From IMG/VR virus record IMGVR_UViG_3300025159_000001: a DNA stretch of 64,000 nt. One strand, 5' to 3'. Under the pieces are notes generated by a model. That model saw only the letters and a program-made list of their open reading frames with translations. It made no database searches and was not told where the DNA came from. Of the stretch, positions 1 to 10,641 are shown piece by piece (the stretch's first letter is position 1; every line of letters begins with the position of its first letter). A program made the position numbers and the translations under genes. This DNA is from an uncultured virus (IMG/VR IMGVR_UViG_3300025159_000001). Taxonomy: Duplodnaviria > Heunggongvirae > Uroviricota > Caudoviricetes.

Positions 1-46
1 GGCTCTTACTATTGTGTACCTGTCAATTACAGAGCAGTGCATATTT

Positions 47-99
47 AAAAACAAATGCTCTCCTCATTATTTAAGAATAGTGGGGAGGCGTTTGTTTTT
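47..99 (+). terminator. Intrinsic (likely bidirectional) terminator
   Basis: Long imperfect hairpin AAAAACAAATGC-T-CTCCTCA...TGGGGAG-GCGTTTGTTTTT with A- and T-tracts on either side. Confidence 0.7.
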
Positions 100-113
100 A
101 AATTTTTTTCGTT

Positions 114-172
114 AAAAAATCCTAGGAAAAATCATAAGAATTGGCATTTAAACTTATCCAAATTTTTACTGA
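114..172. repeat. ~60-bp degenerate repeat, copy 1 (copy 2 at 15710-15767)
   Basis: AAAAATCCTnnGAAAA(A)TCATAAGAAnTnGCATTT...AAATTTTTnCTGA shared by both copies; each lies just downstream of a terminator. Confidence 0.7.
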
Positions 173-190
173 GAATAAGGAGAAAATAAA

Positions 191-544
191 ATGGAAATTA
201 AAAAGTTAGATGATGGAGTCTACACAGTAAGTCTAGACGCTGTAATACTTAGCATAGAAGGAAAAACTTTTTATGAGGAAGAAAACTCTTATGAGTGGGT
301 TTTATACATAACAAAAAATGGGGCTGGATCTGAAAAATTAGAAAACTATATAAAAAGTTTAGACCTAAGACCGGAGAGAGTTTTTGTCGCTAGTGCTTAT
401 GGAACGGAACAGACTTTTTTAATCTTAGATGAAAAACCTATTAAATTAACGACTGTTCAAGGTTCGGGATTTAATTACGGTTCTACTAACATTATAGAGG
501 TAAAAAAACCCTGTGTCGTTTTAATTTTAGCGGAGGATGATTAA
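191..544 (+). CDS. Hypothetical protein
   Basis: 117-aa ORF with AAGGAG RBS. Confidence 0.7.
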   Translation: MEIKKLDDGVYTVSLDAVILSIEGKTFYEEENSYEWVLYITKNGAGSEKLENYIKSLDLRPERVFVASAYGTEQTFLILDEKPIKLTTVQGSGFNYGSTNIIEVKKPCVVLILAEDD

Positions 545-654
545 AATGGTAGAATTATCTTTAAGAGGTTGTGCAATAGTTATAGTTATTGGAGGAATTT
601 TAGGATTGCTAACATTTGTTTCCGGAATATTAAAAATGACTGGAGTATTCTAAG

Positions 655-1017
655 ATGAAACTATTTATAATAGAAAGAGCCTCTGGAGAACCTATTAAAA
701 GTGATAAATTTACTGTTGCCCATAAAAAGGGAATTAAAAAAAATATTTATAAATATCAAGATCATTATGAATCATACCCATCTTTTGATGATTACGTAGA
801 ATTTTTTCAGAAAAACCATTCTCAAGATGCTAATTATCAACTGGATATAGATTATCAAAATAAAACCGTAGCAATAGAATACCCTATCGAATATTATGAA
901 ATTCAAATTAATTCTTTGGAGGATTTAAATCTACTCTATGAAGAATTTGGTGCATTTGTTTATAATGCATACGATCAAGAAAATTTTATACTAATTTATG
1001 ATGATTGTATAGAATAA
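655..1017 (+). CDS. Hypothetical protein
   Basis: 120-aa ORF with GGAG RBS; ends in a YDDCIE tail of the kind seen on small phage proteins. Confidence 0.7.
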   Translation: MKLFIIERASGEPIKSDKFTVAHKKGIKKNIYKYQDHYESYPSFDDYVEFFQKNHSQDANYQLDIDYQNKTVAIEYPIEYYEIQINSLEDLNLLYEEFGAFVYNAYDQENFILIYDDCIE

Positions 1018-1029
1018 GGAGGAAAAACT

Positions 1030-1407
1030 GTGGATAATACAGATAAAATACTAATTAAACTTGGAATTACTCCAACAATAGAAAAAAAGAGGGGAAGATA
1101 TAAAATAACATCTGTAAATATTGGTTTTGATTCGAGGGGATACTACGCACAATTTTTTAGACCTGGAAAAAGTTATTTCATGCCTCCAGTTTATAGGATA
1201 AGTAATAATAGGGAGAGAATTAGACTTCTTCAAGAAAAATCTACTTATCAAACAATCTGGACTTACCCCAATAATTTTCAATTGAATTTCTATTTTGATT
1301 ACAAGTTAATTGATAAATTAGGGAGATTTATTAATAAATTTTATCATCTTTTACTACTTGCTTGGTTATTATTAATCCTTTATTACGCTTACTTTGGAGA
1401 AAAATAA
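1030..1407 (+). CDS. Hypothetical protein with C-terminal transmembrane segment
   Basis: AAGGAGG RBS, GTG start, hydrophobic C-terminus. Confidence 0.65.
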   Translation: MDNTDKILIKLGITPTIEKKRGRYKITSVNIGFDSRGYYAQFFRPGKSYFMPPVYRISNNRERIRLLQEKSTYQTIWTYPNNFQLNFYFDYKLIDKLGRFINKFYHLLLLAWLLLILYYAYFGEK

Positions 1408-1529
1408 AATGACTACACTTTTTCCACCAATTCCAGAAGAAATAGACACCCTAGATGAAATTATCGAAGAAGTTTGGGGAGATTTAAATAGTGAAGATAT
1501 TATTATTACAGAAATAGAGGATCTAGAAT

Positions 1530-1754
1530 ATGAAGGGTGAAATAAGTGGCTCTCCAGCAGAATTAAAAATAGAATTTGAAGATGGAGATAAATATATTTT
1601 ATGGTGGGATTGGAAAGAACTGGAATTTCATTTAAAAAATAAAGTCCTAATAATAGAGGGGGAAGGAATTCCTAATAAACCAATAAAATCCATAATAGTA
1701 ACGAATTGTATCGAAAATGAATCCCCATATACCAGAATTTTCAGTTCATTTTAA
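1530..1754 (+). CDS. Hypothetical protein
   Basis: 74-aa ORF with GAGG RBS in a co-oriented run. Confidence 0.55.
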   Translation: MKGEISGSPAELKIEFEDGDKYILWWDWKELEFHLKNKVLIIEGEGIPNKPIKSIIVTNCIENESPYTRIFSSF

Positions 1755-2100
1755 TTAAAAAGGAGATTTAAAATGAAACTTATTAGAGATGTTTTAATAA
1801 CTTTTCTTATCCCAACTCTTTTGTTTTATTATATTTTAACAACCCCAAATCCTTCTTTGAAGGATTTCTACGAACTTGTATATTATGTTTATACGGGAGA
1901 AATAAAGTGAATAAAATTCTTTTAGTCCTCAGATATGTTTTATTGACCCCATTAGTCGTTATCTTTATAACTGTAGGCACAGTAATTTATCTTCTAATAG
2001 AGAAAAATCCTAGTTATGACGATTTAATGGAATTTCTTTTAGAAAATTTGGAAAAATTAATGTCTGGAAATATATTTGATTAATAAAAAGGAGAAATAAA

Positions 2101-2367
2101 ATGATAGTCTATACAGGTGCAGGAGATACCACAACAATAGAAAATGAATTTAGTAATCTTAAACTTATGATTGATGCAGAATCTACGGATGGTTTTGATA
2201 TTTATCCTCAAGATGATAATTCAGAAGTTTTCTTAGTAGAAATTACAGAGGAGGGGGAGAAATCTTTGCAAATTGTAATTACAGAATCTCCAGAAGAAGT
2301 GAAAATGTTATTTGAGTCATCTTTTGATGAGTATAAAATTCTATATCATTATAAAAAGGAGATATAA
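2101..2367 (+). CDS. Hypothetical acidic protein
   Basis: 88-aa ORF with AAGGAG RBS. Confidence 0.6.
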   Translation: MIVYTGAGDTTTIENEFSNLKLMIDAESTDGFDIYPQDDNSEVFLVEITEEGEKSLQIVITESPEEVKMLFESSFDEYKILYHYKKEI

Positions 2368-2369
2368 AA

Positions 2370-3812
2370 ATGAACCAACTGTTTAAAGCGTTAAGAATAA
2401 AAGATGAACTTACTGAAAATTTAATGCCTACCCATTCTTCTAGTGATAATTATTTATTGGATATGTTCTTTAAAATGGGTGGAAGTAGAGATTTAGATCC
2501 TCAAGAAATTGCTAGAATGTTTAATGGGGCTTGGGGAGAAGATCCGCTATTAACTTTAAAAGCAACTTTTTATAACCGTGACATAAGAGGGGGTCAAGGT
2601 GAAAGAAAATCATTTAGAATTTTCTTTCACATATTATGTAATTTCCATCCAGAAATCGCATTGAAAAATTTTGAAAACGTTATTAAATTCGGCAGATGGG
2701 ATGATATTTTAGTGGCATTAGATTCCCCTCTAGCAGAACCTTGTGCCGACTTTATTTTATTTGCTTTAAAAAATGGGGATGGATTATGTGCGAAATGGAT
2801 GCCAAGAGAAAATAAATCTCTTGGAGAAGTTGCTAAAATTTTAATGAGGATTTGGGGAATTTCTCCCAAGGAATATCGTAAACTTCTCTCTGGAAATACT
2901 CAAGTCGTTGAAAACTTAATGTGCAAAAAAGAATGGGGGGAAATAAATTATGGGCACGTTCCTTCTGTAGCTTCTTTTAAATACAGAAAAGCATTTTTAA
3001 GAAACGATAGAAAGAGGTATGGAGAATATTTAGCTAAAGTAGCAAAGGGGGAGGCTAAAATTCATGCTGAAGCAATTTTCCCCCATACGATTATTCAACC
3101 AATTTTAAAACATCTAACAAAACTTAGTCGTTTTTGGGATTATAAAGAATTATCTGCTGAAGAAATTTCTATGTTACAATCTCAGTGGGTTTCCCTGCCC
3201 AACTGGTTAAATGAAACAGAAAATTTAAATTTAATTACTGTAAATGATGTTTCAGGAAGTATGCATGGACTTCCATTGGAAGTTTGTGTAGCATTAGGAA
3301 TTTATATCTCAGAAAGAAACAAGGGAATTTTTAAAGATGGTTTTATTACGTTCTCCGGTAGACCTCAATTACAATACTTAAAGGGAGATTTAATTTCTAA
3401 AGTTTCCCAACTAATGACAGCAGCTTGGGAAGGTAACACTAATTTAATGGCAGTATTTGATTTACTTTTAAGTTCTGCTGTGAGAGAAAATATTCCAGAA
3501 GAACAAATGCCTAGAATTATTTTAATTCTTTCTGATATGCAGTTTGATTATTGTGTCAGAAATCCTAATTTATCCGCTATGGAAATGATTAAAGCACAAT
3601 ACACGGAACATGGATATAAACTGCCTCAGATTATTTTCTGGAATTTAAGAACAAGCTCTGGAATTCCTGTAAAATTTAATGAAAGTGGCACAGCATTAGT
3701 TTCTGGATTTTCTCCATCATTAATGAAATCAATCGTTGGTGGGGAATTAACTCCAATGAAAATGTTATTAAGTATCTTAAATCAAGAGAGATATAATTCT
3801 GTAACTTTATAA
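2370..3812 (+). CDS. DUF2828-family (TROVE/Ro60-like + vWA) protein
   Basis: Motifs TEN...LDMFF, RDIRGGQGER, GRWDD, AKWMPRE; vWA MIDAS DVSGSM; SDMQFD; IIFWNL; LVSGFSPS. Confidence 0.85.
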   Translation: MNQLFKALRIKDELTENLMPTHSSSDNYLLDMFFKMGGSRDLDPQEIARMFNGAWGEDPLLTLKATFYNRDIRGGQGERKSFRIFFHILCNFHPEIALKNFENVIKFGRWDDILVALDSPLAEPCADFILFALKNGDGLCAKWMPRENKSLGEVAKILMRIWGISPKEYRKLLSGNTQVVENLMCKKEWGEINYGHVPSVASFKYRKAFLRNDRKRYGEYLAKVAKGEAKIHAEAIFPHTIIQPILKHLTKLSRFWDYKELSAEEISMLQSQWVSLPNWLNETENLNLITVNDVSGSMHGLPLEVCVALGIYISERNKGIFKDGFITFSGRPQLQYLKGDLISKVSQLMTAAWEGNTNLMAVFDLLLSSAVRENIPEEQMPRIILILSDMQFDYCVRNPNLSAMEMIKAQYTEHGYKLPQIIFWNLRTSSGIPVKFNESGTALVSGFSPSLMKSIVGGELTPMKMLLSILNQERYNSVTL

Positions 3813-3823
3813 GGAGAATAATT

Positions 3824-4048
3824 ATGACTTTAAAAGAACAGATAGAAAAAGAATACAAAGAAAATTATTTCTTAATTCAAATCAAAAGGGATTTGCTTCT
3901 CCCATATCATTATATAATTTTAGGTAGAATGTTATATAACTTATCTAAAATTACAGAACTAACAATAAAAAGGGAGATCAGATATGAGATTGAACGATGG
4001 CGACAAACAGAGTTTGAAAGAATACAGGGGGAGGTTATTCCTATCTGA
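3824..4048 (+). CDS. Hypothetical protein
   Basis: 74-aa ORF with AAGGAG RBS. Confidence 0.55.
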   Translation: MTLKEQIEKEYKENYFLIQIKRDLLLPYHYIILGRMLYNLSKITELTIKREIRYEIERWRQTEFERIQGEVIPI

Positions 4049-4402
4049 AGATAAATCTTTTACCAGATATTTAATTAGAAAAATAAACACGATCTGTAGA
4101 AAAAGATTTAGAAAAAGGAGAAAAAAATGAAATCTTATTTAGTAACTATAAAGATGGATAGTTTTGTAGTAGCGGATAAGATAAATTACGTAGAGTATGA
4201 TTTATCTTATCTCCAACTTCCTCTACTAGAATTGATTGAGGATTTTGAAAAAACTTTGGAAATTGGGAAGGAGATACAAAAAGAACTGGCCGCTTAAAAC
4301 CTTGTGTCGCTTTAAAAAATTTAGGGGGAAATAAATTCTAGGGGGAATTTTAGTTTCTTTATTCCAAAAAACAAAAAAAAAATAAATTAATAAGGAGAAA
4401 AG

Positions 4403-5503
4403 GTGGATACTATTATTCAAACAGGAGAAACTTGCGGTATTGAATTTGAATCTGACGACCAGTTTTCAGATAATTTTAGAGTTCCAGGTTTTAGGGGTAC
4501 ACACGATGCCTCTATAGAAACCCCGGTAACAATTTCTGAAAATTTTGTGTTATCTCCCGAAAGTTCTCCAGATGCTTTAAGTCTTTTACAAACAAAGAAA
4601 AATTCTACAATGGGTTTAGAATTAGTATCATCAATTTTAGACTCAAATAGTGAACAAACAATTGATTTAATAAAAAGGCTTTGTGGAAATTTATCAGAAA
4701 GGGGGGAGACAGAAATCTCTGAAAGAAGTGGAATTCATTATCATTTTTCTTTGCCGAATCCCTCACTAAAGACTTTAAAATCTTTACTGAGAATCGGGAG
4801 AAATTTGGAAAGCGTTTTATTCACATTAGGGGGGATGGGATATGAATTTAGAGGAGTTAAAAATGATTCAACTTATTGTAGACCCATCACAAAATTTGGG
4901 CCGCCATGTATAAAATATGGTTCAAATTGGGCACAAGTTTTTGATTTGAAAAATTTATTAAAATCTTCATCAGTAAATGATTTTATAATAAGATACGGAG
5001 ATTTATCTAATCATGTTGGTAGATATAATCCTGTAAGATATTGTTGGTTGAATTTATATCCATTATTTCCTTTTGGGGATCAAAAAAATACTGTTGAATT
5101 CAGGATTTTTAACAAAACTTTAAATCCTATGTTTATTTATGCAACTCTAATTTTCTGCAAGAGTATCGTAGGATTTGCACTAAAAAGTGCATATTCTGAT
5201 CTTAAAGAAAATGACTTACTAGAGGAAAACAGTATTTATAATGACTATACTAAACAAGAGGTTATCAACCAATTTTTAAAGTTTTCTTCTCTGGTAAACT
5301 TAAGTGGAGAAATAGTAGATATTTTATTGACAATTTTGGAAAGAAGTCCAGTACCAATTTTAAATAAGGACTTCGTAAAAACTCATCTGAGGAATGAATT
5401 AAGTAGATACTGGAATTATACTATAGACTTTGAACCGATCATTGTTAAAAATCCTAAAAACCCTTTATACGTGGATATTCATACTTTAAGAGGAGACAGA
5501 TAA
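4403..5503 (+). CDS. Putative amidoligase (Amidoligase_2, glutamine-synthetase-like fold)
   Basis: GIEFE, HDASI, GLELVS, SGIHYHF, RYxWLNL and TVEFR motifs. Confidence 0.8.
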   Translation: MDTIIQTGETCGIEFESDDQFSDNFRVPGFRGTHDASIETPVTISENFVLSPESSPDALSLLQTKKNSTMGLELVSSILDSNSEQTIDLIKRLCGNLSERGETEISERSGIHYHFSLPNPSLKTLKSLLRIGRNLESVLFTLGGMGYEFRGVKNDSTYCRPITKFGPPCIKYGSNWAQVFDLKNLLKSSSVNDFIIRYGDLSNHVGRYNPVRYCWLNLYPLFPFGDQKNTVEFRIFNKTLNPMFIYATLIFCKSIVGFALKSAYSDLKENDLLEENSIYNDYTKQEVINQFLKFSSLVNLSGEIVDILLTILERSPVPILNKDFVKTHLRNELSRYWNYTIDFEPIIVKNPKNPLYVDIHTLRGDR

Positions 5504-6757
5504 ATGTGTCAATTAACTTATATAGATTTTAATAGCAAAAAAATCAACCAACTTGTAACTTACTCAGCAGGTTTTATAAATAGTGAAATTAATAAAGATG
5601 GTTTTGGAATTTTTACCCCTCCATCGGGAATTTGGAAAACAAAACTTCAAGCTAGACTTGTAACAAATCTAGGTTCTTGTTTATCAATCATCGGGAAAAA
5701 TCCTGTTTTAGCTCATTCCAGATTAGCTACTTTTTCTTTTGGTGGACAAAAGAAAATAGATAATGAGTTTTCCCACCCGTTTGAGGGAAATAAAATTGTC
5801 TTGGCGCATAATGGTTCACTAGAATTAAAAGAAGAAAAATACAAAGATGTTGATATTAAAGAATTAATTGATTCTCAGATTTTTCATGCAGTATTAGAAG
5901 ATTTATATGCAGATAATAAAACTCTAGAGGAGGCTTTAATAGAGACTGTAGGGAAATTTTATGGAAAGTTTGCCTTCTTAATTTTTGATAAGATTACTAA
6001 TAAATTCTATGCTGTTAGAGGAAAATCTGCTGACTTATATTATGCAGATTTTTACCTGTTTAATTCAGACGAAGTAGTTGGTAGAATAATAAATACTGGA
6101 AAAATTCCCTTAGAAGAAATTTTTGTTTTAGCTTCTAACCTCTGCCAACTAAATTTAAATGTTAGATTCGATTGGGAAAAAACAATCAAATCAATAAAAA
6201 GTTTAGATGAAAATTCTATCTATGCAATAACCCCAACAGAATTAATAAAATACCCTGAAAAAATAGAGGAAACTTCAAAACCTGAAAAAGCAATTATATT
6301 TGGTGGTCACAGACAGGCGGGGCAATATGGTTATCATTGGGAAAATGGTAAATGGATAGACAAAACTAATCATGGAAATCAACGGGTAAAAAATCAAACA
6401 AAAACTGATAATCCGATTTCGGAAAAATTATTCAACATAATGTCTGATTACAGGGTGGATATTTCTTACATTGATGAAATAGCCGCCTTAATTTTTGGAA
6501 GGTCTATACTTAATCTTTCTCACGAAGAATTTGAACTCTTTTCAAAATTTTTAGAGTATACAAGAAGTTCAGCAGTGAAAAGAGTTCTGTCAGATTTTTT
6601 CGATCTAATGACTTTTTCTAAAAGAGGGGCTATAGGGGTACATTTAAATGAGGGGCAAGAAATTTGTTTTCCTTTCTGGTTAGAAAGAGATAGTCATAAG
6701 ATAGATAAAATCCTTGAGGAGAGAAAAAAGGAAGTCAAAAATGCACATGCTATGTAG
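5504..6757 (+). CDS. Class II (Ntn) glutamine amidotransferase domain protein
   Basis: N-terminal Met-Cys; DGFG, HSRLAT, HPF, AHNG and DSQ motifs. Confidence 0.85.
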   Translation: MCQLTYIDFNSKKINQLVTYSAGFINSEINKDGFGIFTPPSGIWKTKLQARLVTNLGSCLSIIGKNPVLAHSRLATFSFGGQKKIDNEFSHPFEGNKIVLAHNGSLELKEEKYKDVDIKELIDSQIFHAVLEDLYADNKTLEEALIETVGKFYGKFAFLIFDKITNKFYAVRGKSADLYYADFYLFNSDEVVGRIINTGKIPLEEIFVLASNLCQLNLNVRFDWEKTIKSIKSLDENSIYAITPTELIKYPEKIEETSKPEKAIIFGGHRQAGQYGYHWENGKWIDKTNHGNQRVKNQTKTDNPISEKLFNIMSDYRVDISYIDEIAALIFGRSILNLSHEEFELFSKFLEYTRSSAVKRVLSDFFDLMTFSKRGAIGVHLNEGQEICFPFWLERDSHKIDKILEERKKEVKNAHAM

Positions 6758-7475
6758 TAAAAAAAGTTTTCCTTCGGGTAGACTCCTTAGAGATACTTTA
6801 CAGGAAATTTTAGGAAAAAAAATTAAGATCACAACTAAAAATTTTAATTTACCTCCAATTGTGAGATATGGAAATCCAGAGTTTTATTATAGAGATGATA
6901 CTATATATAATAGTTCGGATTTTATCCGACTTTGTTCGGATAAAAGAAGATTTAGTAACACTTTAATTGAGAATGAAATTACAGATGTGCCAGTTTTTAG
7001 AAGAGATTCTCAATTAATCTTTCCATTAATAGTTAGAACCAGTTTATTTTTATCAGGGGGTTTAGGAATTATTGTTTGTAGAAATTTAGAAGAATTTGAA
7101 AATATTTGGCAACCCCGCTTTTGGTGGACTCCCTTTATAAAAACTGATTTTGAATTAAGAGTTCACGTATTAGGTGGAAAAATCTCAAAAATATTTAGAA
7201 AAGTTTATAACAACGAGGGTGCAGAAGAATTTCCTATAAGAAATAATCATAATTCACATTTTGTGAAAAAAAATATAGAAAAATATTCTAAACTTGAGGA
7301 GATAGTTGGTCATATAACCAATATTTTTGGTGAAAATAATTTCTTTGCTTTGGATATTGGTTGGGATTCAAGGAATAAAAGATATTTTATCTTTGAGGCT
7401 AATTCTGCACCTGGTTTAAACTTCCTTACTGCTAAGGACTATGCCTCTTTTTTAGCGGAGAGAATTCAAGGATGA
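6741..7475 (+). CDS. ATP-grasp ligase (phiEco32-like)
   Basis: SDK, GGLGI, ELRVHVLGG, FFALDI and FEANSAPGL motifs; ATG at 6741 preferred over TTG at 6714. Confidence 0.8.
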   Translation: MHMLCSKKSFPSGRLLRDTLQEILGKKIKITTKNFNLPPIVRYGNPEFYYRDDTIYNSSDFIRLCSDKRRFSNTLIENEITDVPVFRRDSQLIFPLIVRTSLFLSGGLGIIVCRNLEEFENIWQPRFWWTPFIKTDFELRVHVLGGKISKIFRKVYNNEGAEEFPIRNNHNSHFVKKNIEKYSKLEEIVGHITNIFGENNFFALDIGWDSRNKRYFIFEANSAPGLNFLTAKDYASFLAERIQG

Positions 7476-8254
7476 AATTTTATGGGCAAAATAAAATTAT
7501 AAAAGAACTAGGATTTCTCTTAAAAGAAGTGGATAATGGAAGTAACTATAATATTTTATTCCGTGCTCCTAGTGGATACGGTAAAAGTATGTTAGGACTT
7601 TCTATTTTAAATCATGTAGGTTTATCTAATTCTAGATATTATATTCCTGATAAAGATGGTGAAATAAATTATATAGACTATGACAAAAGATTTCATTTCA
7701 TGGATGAAATCCATACTTTTTCTACACCAGAACTTTTATATCCTATGATGGATAGTAATAATTTTACAATTATTTTAGCTACAAATGAAAGTGGAATTTT
7801 AAAAGAGCCTTTAACTAATAGATGTATACAATTTATTTTTGAAGAATACGCTGAGGGGGAAATGATAGAACTGGTGGAGGATATTTTACAGGAATATAAT
7901 CTCAGAAAAGAATTAATAGAAACTATAGCAAGGGGTGTGAAGGGAAATCCTAGAGTAGCAAAAAAAGTGTGCGAAAGATTAAACTATGTTTTTAGAAATT
8001 ATTTAGTTCCCAAGAGTATTGAAGATTTGACCAAAATATTAGAAGAAATTTTAAGTATATCAGAAGGAGGGCTAAATCAATTGGATAAACATTATTTGGA
8101 AATCTTAGAAAAATTAGGAGGTAGAGCTAGTTTGGATACATTAATAAATTCTACAAGATTTGATAAAGGCACGATCTTAAGAGAAATAGAACCGTTTTTA
8201 ATTTACAAAGGGATGGTAAGAATATCTTCTAGAGGAAGGGAATTAAATGGCTAA
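7472..8254 (+). CDS. ruvB: RuvB-like AAA+ branch-migration ATPase
   Basis: FYGQ, Walker A APSGYGKS, Walker B FMDEIH, LYPMM, PLxNR, GNPR; C-terminal winged helix IEPFLIxKG...RGRE. Confidence 0.75.
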   Translation: MKFYGQNKIIKELGFLLKEVDNGSNYNILFRAPSGYGKSMLGLSILNHVGLSNSRYYIPDKDGEINYIDYDKRFHFMDEIHTFSTPELLYPMMDSNNFTIILATNESGILKEPLTNRCIQFIFEEYAEGEMIELVEDILQEYNLRKELIETIARGVKGNPRVAKKVCERLNYVFRNYLVPKSIEDLTKILEEILSISEGGLNQLDKHYLEILEKLGGRASLDTLINSTRFDKGTILREIEPFLIYKGMVRISSRGRELNG

Positions 8255-9392
8255 TTTTATATCTGAAATAGATTCTAATAAATTTAATAGGACTATAGAA
8301 GCTTTAACTTTTCCATATTCTACAAGAGGTTTTGATTATTACAGATTTTTTAGCATTGAGGCTATTCATATGGGACAAGTAGCCTTTAAAGATAATTGGG
8401 GAATTGCAGTTTATAGTTACAATGAGGACAGAATTTTAAAAATTATCTCAGAAAAAAGTTTACCTTCAACTATGCTAGGGGGGAGAGAACAAATTATACT
8501 AGGATATATACGAAAATATTTCAAATTATCTCCTCTTATAAAAAAGGATGGGCTTACCCATGAATTTATTATAAATTATAATACTGGAGATATAGTATTT
8601 GACCTTACTAATAAAACTTTAAATGGGCTATGGTTTCAAAGACCTCCTTTTGGTTTAAAAGAAAATGATATGATTCTAGCAGCTAGAAGTAATGATCTAT
8701 TAGAATTTAATCCAGTATTCATAGAAAAAAAGGGAGGTACATTAGAAGTAGCTTATTTTACAGATAGATGTAAATATTTATTACCTCCAGCAACATTTTC
8801 TGGTGAGGCTGGCGTTGATGAAGATGTTTTAATAGATCTCTTTTATATTTTCTGTAAGCAAATAGGTAGCGTTGCAGATACTTACTCTTATATAAAACTT
8901 AAAGATTATCTGCCAACACAGTTTTATAAAACAACCTCAGCTATTTTAAGTGGGGGAAATAAAAAATCTGTAGAGAGGCTTGCAACCTTGTGGCACAAAT
9001 TTCTTGTATCTAACTCAAAGGAGGAAGAAAATACTAAACTTCCTAATAAATTAATAGTAAATGGCAATGTTAAAATATATTTATCTAATATTATAAGTTC
9101 AGGGAGAGTTCCCCAAGTAGATGCTGATTCTGTTTGGCCACTAGAAATTGATAAAGATTTAACAGAATTTGGTGTCTTTAATAAAAGCGGAAACAGTTTT
9201 GTGATTCCAGGAAAAAAACTTTTGTTCTTAGTACAATCTACAAAAGATCTAGTTAAAAGAAATGGAGAGTTGCTTAGAAAGTTACAAGAAAAAATAGGGG
9301 GGAATATTTCAATAGTAGTAAATAAAACTGAAGATTATCAAGTAGTATGGGAATATCTTAGAGATTATAAATATGATGGTCTTGGAGAATAA
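8247..9392 (+). CDS. Hypothetical protein
   Basis: 381-aa ORF overlapping the upstream gene; no motif recognised. Confidence 0.7.
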   Translation: MANFISEIDSNKFNRTIEALTFPYSTRGFDYYRFFSIEAIHMGQVAFKDNWGIAVYSYNEDRILKIISEKSLPSTMLGGREQIILGYIRKYFKLSPLIKKDGLTHEFIINYNTGDIVFDLTNKTLNGLWFQRPPFGLKENDMILAARSNDLLEFNPVFIEKKGGTLEVAYFTDRCKYLLPPATFSGEAGVDEDVLIDLFYIFCKQIGSVADTYSYIKLKDYLPTQFYKTTSAILSGGNKKSVERLATLWHKFLVSNSKEEENTKLPNKLIVNGNVKIYLSNIISSGRVPQVDADSVWPLEIDKDLTEFGVFNKSGNSFVIPGKKLLFLVQSTKDLVKRNGELLRKLQEKIGGNISIVVNKTEDYQVVWEYLRDYKYDGLGE

Positions 9393-9395
9393 AAA

Positions 9396-9758
9396 ATGAG
9401 CACGATTCACGATAAATGTAGTGAATTAGTTTATATAGACCTGTCTGGAATAATTACATTAATTTCTAGGTTCTGTATAAGTCCAGGAGGTTTAAAAGTA
9501 GGTATGGGGACAATAAAATTAAAATCAAACCTAAAAGAAGGGGATGTGATTATTTATTGTATGGCTTGTGATAGAAAAGTTGAAATGAAGGAGTTATTAC
9601 ATAATTGTTTCCACTGCGGAAAGCTTCTCAGAGTTTTAAATCTTTTTTATCTAGAAAAATCTGGAGGAGTTTATTGTGAGAATTGTTGTAAGAAATATTT
9701 TTCAGATGAGAGGGGATTTTCCCTTTCTACAACTTTTAGTAAAAAAATCATTATATAA
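9396..9758 (+). CDS. Cys-rich (Zn-binding) protein
   Basis: Three CxxC pairs (CMAC, CFHC, CENC). Confidence 0.6.
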   Translation: MSTIHDKCSELVYIDLSGIITLISRFCISPGGLKVGMGTIKLKSNLKEGDVIIYCMACDRKVEMKELLHNCFHCGKLLRVLNLFYLEKSGGVYCENCCKKYFSDERGFSLSTTFSKKIII

Positions 9759-9772
9759 AAAGGAATTTTAAA

Positions 9773-10639
9773 ATGTTATATGGCACAGATCCAGAGTTTT
9801 TTAGTATTAATGAACAAGGTTTTGTAATTTCTCCAGCTTTATTAATGTTAGATAACGAAATTTATCAAATAGGAGGAGATATTAAACATCCAATTTTTAT
9901 AGAGGAAAAAGAGTATAGTTGGATGATGGATGGAGTAGCTTGGGAATTAACGGTTAAGAAACCACTAACTAATGCAAAAGAGATGAAAGGAATTTTAGAA
10001 TTATCTCTAGAACACCTAGAAAATTTATTCTACGGTTTAAGATACAAAGGAGAAAAACTATCTCTTTATCGAAAACCTGTTGTAAAAATAAATCCTAAAG
10101 ATTACTTGAAATTTTTAGATGATGAACAAGTTTATCAAGGATTTATTTTTGGTTGCGATCCCGATGAAGATGCGTGTGAAACTGAATATAAATGCGAAAC
10201 CGTGGATGTTTTTTCCCATCAATTTAGATATGGTGGTGGACATTTACATTTTTCAGGGGAGGACTTATTTTACGAATTTCCTAGAGTTACAGCGCAACTA
10301 TTTGCAATAACTGTAGGAAATTTTTGTTTAACAAAGTCCCCATTTGTAGAGGAAGAAAAATTAAGAGCTACAACTTATGGAAAACCTGGTAGATTTAGAA
10401 GTCAAATATATCCAGGAGGAATTAAAGGAATAGAATATAGAACTCCTTCTAATTCTTGGACAAGTTTATCAGAAGAGGAGATAGGAGAAATTTTAAATTA
10501 TGGTTTAAAAGTACAGGAATTTATGCATAAGAACTACAAAAATGTAATATCTAATTTATTACCTCCTACTATATCTGCTATACAAAATGCAGACATAGAT
10601 TTAGCAACAAATATCTTAAAAGAATTGGAGAATTTTTAA
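9773..10639 (+). CDS. phiEco32-like COOH-NH2 ligase type 2
   Basis: GTDPEFF, FGCDPD, RYGGGHLHF, YGKPGRFR and GIEYRTPSNSW motifs. Confidence 0.85.
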   Translation: MLYGTDPEFFSINEQGFVISPALLMLDNEIYQIGGDIKHPIFIEEKEYSWMMDGVAWELTVKKPLTNAKEMKGILELSLEHLENLFYGLRYKGEKLSLYRKPVVKINPKDYLKFLDDEQVYQGFIFGCDPDEDACETEYKCETVDVFSHQFRYGGGHLHFSGEDLFYEFPRVTAQLFAITVGNFCLTKSPFVEEEKLRATTYGKPGRFRSQIYPGGIKGIEYRTPSNSWTSLSEEEIGEILNYGLKVQEFMHKNYKNVISNLLPPTISAIQNADIDLATNILKELENF

Positions 10640-10641
10640 TT

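Noticed and set aside
4317..4352. Short direct repeat TAGGGGGAA upstream of the amidoligase gene
   Set aside because: Only two 9-bp copies with no other support, so no function can be assigned.
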